Shown here piece after piece: positions 24,634-36,575 of a stretch of DNA of 64,000 nucleotides. This DNA comes from Tubulanus polymorphus (taxonomy: Eukaryota; Animalia; Nemertea): positions 24,904,299 through 24,968,298 of the forward strand of contig NC_134025.1 in NCBI RefSeq assembly GCF_964204645.1, in the 5' to 3' direction. The first letter of the stretch is position 1. Each line of letters starts with the position of its first letter. A model generated the notes under the pieces. That model ran no database searches, was not told the origin of the DNA, and worked only from the letters and a program-made list of their open reading frames with translations. The position numbers were made by a program, and so were the translations under genes.

Positions 24634-27611
24634 ATGGCTTTATTTGTCATTACTTGCATTAAAAACATTAATGCAAGAGCTTTGTGGTCACTGCCAACGA
24701 AAACATGGCTAAGTACGTTGACAAATTGTGGATGAATCGATTGGTTTTGTTCTTTCCAAAATCTGTCTCTCCACTCGATCTGGAGTGGTCTGGAATGGAA
24801 CAGTTTTTCTGTGGATCAAAAATTTTGGGGTTTATAAACGTACTGGCACAGGCGCTTTGGAAGCAATTTTTGATTGCCGCCGCCAATTGCCAATTTTTGA
24901 CAGGTGCTCATGACTGTTGCTGCGGCAAATTTACTTCAATTTCGTCAAAAAAACATGGACATGGTATTCATTAAGAAAACGTTATTCAGAAAATATTTTG
25001 ACAGCTTTCACCGCTGCACTTCCAACACCACTGTGGCATTGTTAGTTTTAATGTAAATGTTAATTGAAAAATTATTGTAGATTGTTGATGTTGTATGGAT
25101 GATACCATTCAAGTCAAGTATGGATTGGGTTATAACAGTATAATAGGCAAACCCAAATCCTGAATTGAATGTATGTTTTATTGTATATCATTAGGAAGTT
25201 CTACATCCCTTGCTACTGGAACAACCGTTAATAACAACAATTTAGGAATTTCCGATAGCAGCTTTGAGATAGTAAAAGATGAACGGTTTGAAACGTCTCT
25301 GGAACACTACGATTCCATGGTGAAATCTGGCAAACTGTCGGAAGACAAATATCAACGAACGATAGTCCAGCATTTGAATGAACTGGAATCAAAGGTTGAA
25401 GGATATCGGCCAAATGTTAATGAATCTGGCAGCATTTTTAACAAGGTATTATATTGCTGAATCTGTTTTCATGTGCATGTAAGCAATGAAGTACTAATGG
25501 ATTTCAATACTATACACCTAGATGATAATCATTTCATGTTTACTTCCTTAAGTAGCTATTTCATTTTACAGATATTCAAAAGAGAGGTCCCCATTGTACA
25601 CAATGCACCTAAAGGTCTCTATCTGTACGGATCTGTAGGTATGGAGATCTTATTTCAACTGTATTGCATTTCTTATGAATGAGATGGAAAGAAGTATTGA
25701 AAAATTTTATATTAGATAAGCCTATTTCAAATATTACTGTCAGAATATTGTTTTTAACTGAAATTGATATTCATACTTTCTGTAGGTACTGGTAAAACGA
25801 TGCTGATGGATATATTCTATACATATTGCGCGATTGGAAACAAACGAAGAGTACATTTTCATGCTTTTATGTCAGATGTCCATAAACGTAAGTGATTTTC
25901 CTCTCATTGCCCCTCTGTTCTCTCGAGTTTGATGTATTTGAGATTGTGATCTTCCGTCGAATTTCAGGAATTCACAAGATTATGAAGACGATACCTAAAG
26001 AGCACGATCGCAAGAAGAAAACTAGATTCGACCCGATTCCTCCTGTTGCTAAAACTATTGCTGAAGAAACTTGGTTTTTATGTTTCGACGAATTTCAGGT
26101 TTCAATACTTTCAAAGTTGAAAATGTCTCAACATTCTTCAACAACACTTGAGCAGATCCAGATTAAGTTTGCTTACCTGTACTCATCCTCCACAGGTTAC
26201 TGACATCGCAGATGCTATGATTTTAAAGGGGCTTTTTACTGAACTATTTCGAAATGGTGTCGTAGTGATGGCCACGTCCAATCGACATCCTGATGGTAGG
26301 TTTTCTTTTGCTAAAAGAAAAATTGTTTCATACCCTTGAAGATCGATTAATATTTCCTTGGTGCATATATAGATTTGTATAAAAATGGCCTACAGAGAGG
26401 TAACTTCGTGCCATTCATCAAAGAATTGAAAGACCATTGCGAGGTGTTAAGCTTAGACTCGGGTATTGATTATCGTAAATTAGGAATGCCAGCGTCGGGT
26501 AGGACATACTTTGTGTAAGTTATTTATCGTATTTAACCCTGGGTCGTGAGGGATCTAAATGCTTGTGAATCCTTATTCATCTGTGTGCATTATTATTTAC
26601 TAGAAAATCTCAGTGCAATGCGAACGCTGAATTGGATACGTTTTTTCAAGAACAAGCGCATGGACTCAGTGGAGGTTAGTATACTATAGATCGAGTAGGA
26701 ATAAATTCTCTACTATGAATATTAACGTGATATTCATTTGTTTTACAGTTATCGGTCCTAAGGAATTGAATGTTTGGGGTAGAAAATTAGTAATACCCGT
26801 TACTTGCGATAAAGTTGCTGATTGTACGTTCGACGAGTTATGTTGTCAAGTATGTAAACCTTAATTAATCAGATTGTCATCGTGACATTTCCTAAATTGC
26901 AATTATTATTGATCTGGTATTTGATTCTAGCCACTTGCAGCCAGTGATTATATCGAAATTGGCAAAGAATTCGACACCGTGATTTTACGTGACGTGCCAA
27001 AAATGGATTTGAGCAAACGCAGTGAAGCAAGGCGGTTCATCACCCTCGTAGATACATTTTACGACAGTAAAGTGAGTCACCACTTGTCTATCGGCAGCCA
27101 CAACTATGAGTTCAGATGAATCTGGCAGACTGTACTGTTTATATCTAAAAATTGCTTGAATGGTTGTCTTTAGGTACGGTTTGTCTGTTCAGCCGATGCG
27201 GTTCCTGATGAACTGTTTTCCGCAGGTGAACATTCGGAAGATGAGCAAAAAGATCATATGACGTTAATGGCCGATCTGGGCATTACAAAGGTAGGTTAAC
27301 ATGCTAGGTTCTGTTGCTTAAAGGTTGTTTCTTAGATGTAAACCATGTTCAATGTACATGCATTTACCATCGAGCTCCTGGGTTTCAAACAATACAGAAA
27401 TTGATAGTGATCATTCCGATGTATTCTTAATCCACTCCAACTGATATTTTGTATAACACAGGATGATGAAAGAGCAAAGAGCAGTATCTTCACTGGAGAA
27501 GAAGAGTTATTCGCATTTGACCGCACTGTTTCACGTTTGACTGAAATGCAAACACAGATGTACTGGGAACTGAGAGATTTGAAGAAATCTGGTAAATCAA
27601 AGCACTGCTGA
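24634..27611 (+). CDS. AFG1L: AFG1-like mitochondrial ATPase (LACE1), multi-exon
   Basis: [22 protein letters not shown] (Walker A), [82 protein letters not shown]. First exon 24634-24712 inferred from phase compatibility. Confidence 0.95.
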
Positions 27612-28208
27612 CAACAAATAGTTTTAGGAAATATTTATTGAGTTGTTAAATTTTAGCGTGTATATTATTCAATCATGTTGGCAGCTGGTAATCATTGTTT
27701 TGCCTTGTATCAAGGCACTCAATTTTTTATCGGGAATTTTTAGAGTACACAAAAAGTGAATGTATTGAAATATCTGTGAAACTAACTAATATTTATGTTA
27801 ATGTATCATTAGTGCATGAAAGATGTAAAAGCTTCATTGATCTGAAGGATATGTAAATACCAGGTGCTAATCTAGGCTTTAACTTCTTAAGTTACAGTAA
27901 AAATAATACCTCGTGTCTTTTACTCCAATTGATCAAGACGAATTTGATGTAAAATATTAGCATATCTTAAGTAAAACCTGAACTGGATCTACATTAGCGG
28001 TTTACTAATTTGTTATCGAAGAATAAATTATGTTTGAACAAAATATTGAGCGTTTGCTTCGTTAACACCTGGAACTGCTTTGTATCCTATGCAAGTCTAT
28101 GGAGTCGACAACTTTTGTATCTACTTGTCCTGCCAATATTTCTCTTCATATCTTTCTTGTTCAAGACTAGGAAGCAACTGCGCACAAATGAACCAGCAAC
28201 TGACACTA

Positions 28209-28383
28209 CTTTGGAACCTCGTTACAACAAACTCCAATACGACGATTCATCGGATAACAAATATCGAACAAATATAGAACTTTGTCCCAAGTAAAACAAT
28301 TTGATAAATAACGAACTAATGGTTATTTATGAACAACATATTTTCTGGTCAAGTGTGAAGTTCGCTGTAACAAGGTTCCACTA
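28209..28383. mobile_element. MITE (family B), copy 2
   Basis: TGGAACCTCGTTACA ... TGTAACAAGGTTCCA inverted termini; homologous to 21941-22070. Confidence 0.7.
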
Positions 28384-28572
28384 CTAGACTGAGGAAGCAC
28401 CAGTCATCTATTTGCCCAGCCATTTTAATCACCATAACCAACACTTGATGTCAATCAAAATAATCCATTTGATGTCAATCAAAATCAAAATAATCATATT
28501 GTACACAAATGACATTATTTATTTACATCAATGATATATAAAATGAAATGCTCGAGGAAATGAAGGAATATC

Positions 28573-31500
28573 TTATGTAGAACTTCTTGCAATCTGGTCC
28601 TTAAGAATTAAAATGCTTTGTCGTTGGTCAGGAGGTAACCTGGCAATTTGCTCATCTGATAGCTGTAGAACTTGCATGATCAATGCAGCCTGGAAACAGA
28701 AATGAATGTTTCTTTTTACTGACTTAAGATGATACATGTACACATGAATTACATAGTAAGACAGGCTGAAAAAGATATTTTACCTTCTCTTGATCTTGTG
28801 ATGAAATTCCTGCATTACCGCTTGGACCAGCATTTGAACTTGTTGGTTGGGCGCCAGGCATCTTAAAAATGAATGTTAAGATTGAATTTTTCTTAAATGA
28901 CTTGGAAATGATAGCTTTGATGATATTTAAACTGAAATATTTTGGTTCTTACCGACATATTGTTCATTTGTGGTCTATTGAAATTAGGCATTCCGGGTCC
29001 ACTAGGCATAGCTCCACCTGACTGTCCTCCAGGGTTGGGACCACCCATTCCAGGCATGAATGGCATATTGCCAGGATTTCCAGGGAAACCTAAACATAAA
29101 TACACTCATAAGTCAACTAAGTACAGAATTTAATCAAGAAATGACAGAATTTGAGCATAATTACCAGCCATTGCAGGTGGCATACCGGGTGCCATTCTTG
29201 ATGCTCCCATCGCAGGTCCACCCATGTTAGGCATCCCTCCACTCATAGTATTGGGTCGTTGTTGGACAGGCATATTTGGCATACCTTGCATGCCCATCAA
29301 TTGTTGTCCTGCCATTGCCATTTGAGCTTGGTTCATCGGATTCTGTTGTGACACTGATGCCGACTGCAACAACCAGATTACAAATTTCTTAAGTTTCTTG
29401 TTAAAACTAATAGACAAAGTCTTTAAAGGCATACTTACAGTAACTGTATTTGATGTATCTCCAACTTGAACTGGGGGTATCTGATCTCTCTCTCGATGAA
29501 GCATTGCCTATAATTAATTAACATCAGGTAATTCCTATCCTAATACCACTGATAGTCTTGTGTATATTTTAGTTTTACATTTTGAACTCACCATCGCAAC
29601 CTGAGGGTCGACGATTTTCATCACGATCTGAGCCTGAAGCAGGGCGTATGCCAACTGAGGATTCTTCAGTAACATGTTCCGTGCTTCAGTTGGATTATTC
29701 TGAACACATAGCTAGAATAAACCAGAAACGAGAATTGATAGAAATTTTCATACGACAAACTTTATCTAGGTCATTTAATAATGGATTCATTAACTACCAA
29801 CCTTCATTTGTTTCATCAGTTCATACATCTGTTCAGGGGGTAAACTTGCGACAGCTCTAGAAATCGCTTCAGGAGCTTCCTTCGGTTCAACGGGATCACC
29901 AAATGGACTCTGAAATTATAGAGTGAGCAATATGAATAAAAATACATCATTCCTGATGATTTTTGGCAAGAAGAGAAATGCATCCAATTGCTTACCTCAA
30001 TGACTGGTCCTCCAATAGCCTGCTGCATGGCTATAAGATAAAAAATATTATGCAATATGAATTAATTCTGATCTACTGCGATACACATGCATGACTTACA
30101 ACCATAGATGAAACACTTTGTCAATGTTGTGATGATAATATAGAAAATCCCACACTTACTAAGTCAGGAACAGATAAATGACTATTAGGGATCATTCATT
30201 TATTACGTACGCATAAAATTTGAATTTTTCAACCCCCCCGACCTCTGTACGCAAAATCAGCCATTTTCTCATATACATTAAGCAATTGCACTGACCCCGC
30301 CGCGAATGACCCCTTATGATATTGTCAAAACGTTGAACTAACTAAAAGCTCAAGGAATCATTTTAGACTTTACTTTTCATCCTCAATTATGTACAACTTA
30401 CTTTTGCTTTCATCTTTGGTTTGTTCTCCGGCTGCCGCACCGACACGCAATGGTCGACCGTTGAAATCAGCGTTATTCAAGTTCCGCATGGCACTCTGAG
30501 CGGTCTCGACATCCTGGTATTCGCAAAATCCATATCCCTTCGGTTTACCGGTTTCTCGATCATAGACGATTCTAAAGATAAAGCAAAGAAAAATTCTAAT
30601 GAGTTTCGAAAATCACAAAGCTACTTTTGGTTTAAGGTTTTTCTTTCACTACTGAGCAAGAAAGCGTAACGAACTGATTGTAGTGATGCCGAGAACCATA
30701 AAATCAACTACGAAAAGCAAACCTCGAAACTGTTTTTCAAGTATTATATTTATTCATCAATAGTAATATATATTATATATATACAACACGATAAAGAAGT
30801 TGTTTTTTTCTGCAGAGGGTTCGATTGTCACGTTATACGTACCGGAAACTAACAACAGGACCTGCTTGGCAAAAGATGTCTTTCAACGATTCCTCAGTGG
30901 CTTCATAGGGAATATTTCCAACTAAAGAAATGAATCAAAAGCATCAAGTACACAGGTTCTCAACAGTATTTTATTTTCAGAAAGTCATAAAGAAGAATGA
31001 TGTATTTACACAATTCATAATAAAGATACACAAATATATGCCTATATCTAGAATACAACATAAATCTTAAATCTAACTTAGCTCACACGAAATGAGATTG
31101 AGAATTACTTTGACAAATTTTTCGAAAATGAACACAATCAAGCCCGCTTAATCTGGATGAACACAATTGCAAATCTCTTCCAGACCTATCAAGATCTACC
31201 ACATGCATAGAACAGAGAACTTCTTATCATCCGGATTAAGTGGGTTCACTATAAGGTTAGTAAAATAAACAAATTTCTTGGAAATGATGTATCGTCTTTC
31301 TCGATGTCGCTGGGGCTGAACCAATGTACTGGTTGGTAATTCCATACAAATACAATCCACCATATTTGGTTCCATTGCCGTAATTTCTACTGTAGATTCT
31401 GACTTTTATCCCGAGCAGCGGAATATCGAGTGCACTCTTGTCAACCGTCATTTCTTCAACCAATAAAGCATCATTTTGCAACTGCCAGCTAATTCTCATC

Positions 31501-32159
31501 ATCTAAGAAAATCACGTCTGAATCCACATTCTCTAAAGCTGTTTAAGTCTTTACATTTGATATGTGCAACTAGTGTACATGGTACATGTATTTTGCCTTC
31601 TATCCAGCCATTCACCTGTTGTATTTATACTGAACCTGATGTACCTGATTCAATGTACCTGATGGTACTTAGCTACAACTAAGCATATTGATACATTGAG
31701 GCCATACATTTATGTACATTTAACAGCAAACGCTTTCAAGTTGAATGTCAGAAGCAGTTTTGCATATACAGTTTTGGAACAAAAACACTTGTCATGTCAC
31801 ATTTTGAGTGTGATGCTGTTAGATATCATTAAATCTAAAATCTATATACATACAGAAATCAGAAAATATTCCAACAAGTTTCTGAATTATTTAGAATTTA
31901 CCTATATTATATTGTAACCACCAGATGGCGCTTTTAACAAATTAAAAATTACTTCCCTATTGAGAATGAATAAGGTTTACGTCTCTAATTCGTACATAAT
32001 TCATTATTTTTGATGGATATACAAAGGTTTTATGGATGTATAGAATTTCATATCACTCGCATACATACCGAATACAGATCTTTGAGCGCGCTCAGTCGCA
32101 CTAAGAGGCGAAGATTGCTGACCACCACCACCACCACTACTCAGACCGAAAGCAGCCAT
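28573..32159 (-). CDS. CSTF2: Cleavage stimulation factor 64 kDa subunit, multi-exon
   Basis: [34 protein letters not shown], hinge [40 protein letters not shown]-rich region, C-terminal [38 protein letters not shown]. Confidence 0.96.
30186..30315. mobile_element. MITE-like element in a CSTF2 intron
   Basis: TAGGGGATCATTC ... GAATGACCCCTTA imperfect inverted termini. Confidence 0.5.
31136..31252. mobile_element. MITE (family A), degenerate
   Basis: AAGCCCGCTTAATCTGGATGA ... TCATCCGGATTAAGTGGGTT inverted termini, similar to the 7288 and 63736 copies. Confidence 0.6.
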
Positions 32160-32455
32160 TTTGATTCTAGGCCAGGCGGGGTGGCTCCTAGAATCTAAAG
32201 TAAATGAGAAAATAAAGTGTAAAGTAAATTGACCGATCTAGCCGTGGAATTCAATAGTGAATTGAAGAATATATTTTGATTTGATAAATTCTATCCGTCC
32301 CAGTTTTATATATCGTTCCACCTTTCATGAAGTCGGAGCTGTCCTTTTGTCATATTTGGTTAAAGCGATCATTTTTTTTGCGTTCCGAGAAACAAGGTCC
32401 ACCTGTCAACTTTTTACTTTTCATCGGCCCAGTGAAATAAATAATCGATCAAATT

Positions 32456-34014
32456 ATGGCAGCCAGTCGGTTTAGCATCGGTAACGCGCTGAAATATCTA
32501 ACGAGTAAAGATTTTAGGTCATATCTATGCAGGTAAAATTTGACATTTAATTCTTATAGAATTCAGATCTGAAAAAATAGTAAAAACATTATTGTGAAAA
32601 CTAGTCTGTGTCTATCCCGTTGAATTTGTATGATTCATTACAATCGAAGGGACTCGTAGTTGAGTTTTGGGGGTGAATAGTAGCTTAGATCATCCCAATA
32701 TTCACCTCCAAATTTCAACTACTAGACCCTATGATTGTGATTTAATATTAGACAGATGCTATTATTATCAGCTATTCCCCTGCCGTGTTTCTTTTTTGTT
32801 CAGAAATGAGATATTGGCCTGTTGTGACATGTAGAGAAGAGGTAACTGGCCATGAAAACTGACTGGTCATGCTGGTATAGATAGACTGATTTTGGCTTAA
32901 TCGTGTTGATTCATAAGAAGCTTTCTGTCAGATAGACTATCTGTCTTTTATGAAAATCTGATCATGAAACGAAGCCACACAGTCCAGTTACTGACTAATA
33001 GCCCTGTCCTGATTGGAAACTCTTGATAGTTTAAGTTCCAATTGTTCTCACAGGGTTCCTGCCTGCTAGTTAGTCACAACAGCTTGATACTAGACTCAGT
33101 AAAATTTTCTCACGCTCAGTCCTTTATCGTAAACTGTGATATTATGTGTTTTCAAGATTTTCTATCAATTTTTCATTTCTTTCCATGTACATTCCTGCTG
33201 TTAAACAGTACTGTAAGTATAGATCACTTTTGTCCGCAACCTGCAGTTTATTCTCGTACTAATTCTTACATAGTCATTGCTAATTTTTCCATTGCAGCAT
33301 TTTTGGGGTCCGGTTGCAAATTGGGGTCTACCACTGGCAGCTATAGCTGATGTCAAACGAAATCCTGAAATAATCAGCGGTAAAATGACGACAGGTAAGC
33401 TTCATAATTTCACCCTTAAATTTCAGATAGTGCCAGAAGTGCACAATCAAGGCTAATGGAGTTGTCTGTCTTAGTCATACCCACCTTGTTTGAGGGTAGT
33501 GGGTACAGGCAGCAAACTGATAGCTGATAGTCCATTTTGGTTCAATATACTTCAATCTAACATTTTCCAACAGGCATTATGATTTGATGGAACTTTTTGT
33601 CGCAATTTTTTCTTGGACCCTCATCTGACTCAACATTTTTAAAATTTTCTTATTCAGCTCTATGTATATATTCTATACTGTTTATGAGATTTGCTTGGAA
33701 AGTTCAACCTCGGAATATGCTCCTGTTTATTTGCCATTTTACAAACGAAACTGCTCAATTAACACAAGGTGCAAGGTGCTTTCATTTCCAGTAAGTATTC
33801 TATGGAAAGATATTATACCAGCACTTTTCTTTCCCTTGAACCAAAGCCCAGTTTTGTTAAGCTAAATCTTACTGATTTTCAGTTTAAATCGGATTCCAGT
33901 GAAAAACCAGACAAATTCTTTAGTATTATTTATGAAAGTGTTTTTCGTATTTTCAGTTATATTTGCAATGATGAAGAGAAGGCTAAGATACATGAGAAGT
34001 ACAGTCAAGCATGA
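32456..34014 (+). CDS. MPC1: Mitochondrial pyruvate carrier 1; exons 32456-32532, 33209-33212, 33298-33394, 33658-33790, 33957-34014
   Basis: [73 protein letters not shown]; the frame requires the 4-nt exon TACT. Confidence 0.96.
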
Positions 34015-36575
34015 TGATTAGGAATTCTAATATTCGGTAGTTTTCAGTAGGAAATGTTATTGTTAGACATCAGGATATGCACAGATTTATCAAAGCACGC
34101 ATGGGACTCTAGATTGTAAATCTAGATCTAACCCTTCCTGTAGTTTGAATTATTCCTATAATCATTGTGGTCAATCCTCGGTGAATTTGATACTATTTGA
34201 ATACATTATTTGCAAATTTTAGAAAAAAGTTGATAATAGGGTAGTGTTTTGATTTGATTACGATTTTTCATCACATGGGCTTAAAAAGACCATTTTTCAC
34301 ACATCTAGGCTGTTAAGAAATACTGGTGCATATGAATTAGAACTATTAATAGCTGTGAATAAAAATATTCTAGGGTAGACAAGCCAAGTTAATTTCAATT
34401 ATGACTACTGTTTGGTGCTGTTCCTTCTGTAATTTTATACCTAATTTCATGTTTTTTTGTGATTTGTTTGCTTTGTGTAGGACATTGTCCCCGGTTATAA
34501 AATAGGCTGGCTGGCAGAGTTTTTAAGCGTACACCTATTCAACTCAAAGTAATGATTCAAACATTGTCAATTAATTATCATTAAGTTAAATTCGCACAAA
34601 CTGGATTAACATGGATAGAAGAACTAGTTGGACCTCGTTGATATGATTCAATTAAATATGAAATTTATTTCAGTTTATTATAAACTTGTTGATTACATCA
34701 TGGACGTATAGCCTAGCCTAGATTATTTGTCCATGATGACATTGATTTCCAGATGTCCTGGTTGAGATACATGTATTCATATAAAAGCACATTCGGATAT
34801 TATAAAAAATCCACATGGAGTGATGATTCACTACCCACAACATTCATTCTAAAAGAGGTTTGACTGTAGTTTGAATGCCATGGATTTCTATTCAGATGCT
34901 CTTCTAGCATGAGTTGTGAGTTCTAGTTTTCTAAATTGATGTATAAAACTCAGCAAAAAATGATAAATAATTCCTAAGTATTATATTTTTCTTCTATGAT
35001 TACTTCTTTTTGAGTCAATGTCTTTCATATGGTTGAATCCTAAATCATCTGTAGCAAGCTGATGAATTACATAGATGGCATCTCAGTATCTGGCAAATAT
35101 TTTCGTCCTGTGACAATGGGGAAATGACTTGTTTTTAGTGTATTTTTAAAGCTTACTGTAGATGTACCATATTTTGCCACAAACGATAAATCCTTGCCAT
35201 GTCTACTTCTAATGATAACATTTTTGATGGTACAATATGTCTTTTGTAGTGGTCAGTCATATTTATGTTGGTTGTTTTAATCATTGTACACAGGTTACAG
35301 TTGTAGATATTGTTAATTATTGAATGTATATAGAGGAGATAATTTATGAGAAAAATAACATAAAATCTGTCAGTACTTATTTCATCAGATATTACTTATC
35401 TTGCCATTGGTTCATTATCTCTCCCTTGGTTCGGTTAGAACCTGATATTTCTTATTTCACCGATCCATGCTTCGTAATCATATGATCTTGAAAGTGGGTT
35501 TAATGTTACCTAATGAAACAAAAAAGCTGCTAGTATTTTGATGACTTGATGATACGTCCATTAAAGTGTTTTTAAAGATTATCAGTTTTATCAAGTATTC
35601 TAGTGTCTACACGCTAATTGCAATATTTCAACTGACTGGGCTTATTGGTCTAAAATACCACATTGTCATAATATATACAGATATTTCTTGTGCACAACCT
35701 ATTCAATAAGTTAGTTCTAACCGGTTCATACTATTCTATATTGTTCCATATGTAGTCAGTAGGCCCTGTTTTATAAACAAGAACTGAATTTATCCCTGGA
35801 GAATTATCCAAATTTAAATAACAGAATTCCTATTGTTTTATTTTACTAGGCTAAGGATTAACCCTATGGATTAACTTACTTGGGTTATCAAACTGGTACC
35901 AATGGGTTAGTTCACAGTTGGTTTATAGAATATAAATGCAGTTTAATGCCAGTGATTTTCGATTATTTGTAATCATAGAAAATCAGTTTAATGAATACTT
36001 TTGATAAAATAAAATTCATAAGCTGCCTATAGAAATGTTTGTTTCTAGTGTTTGGATCACTTCATTCATTTGTCATATTCATCTGCTTGTTTTCTGGAGT
36101 TGTTGTTTCACAAATATCACAATATCCAGTAAGTACCACCCACTCTGTTCACACATTGGAAGATCATTTTTGATCATCCATGCTTCGCTTAGGTTCAGAT
36201 ATGAGCTAATAGACTTTACTTCCACTTCCGCACTTTCATGATTTTGTCCCTACTGCACACAAAAACGGTGAATACATAAAAGATGCATTTATCTTGAATC
36301 GTCCGATTCTTGGAGTAGAAATGCATTGAAAACCAGACATTGTTTCGAATATTTTCCACACAATTTATTTCACAATCAACAGAAGGCAGAAAAACAGTGA
36401 TAACAACGTATGAAACTCTGTACATTCTTCTAAACTACTCATTCTAAGTTCTGCACCAAACCTGAATATGTGGACGGATTTATTATCTGACTAAGAATTG
36501 TGACTAAGTATCACAGCTTTTCTTTAGATTTTGAAGAAATCTCTTTATGGTATCAAAAAATTAAGATTTCGGTAA

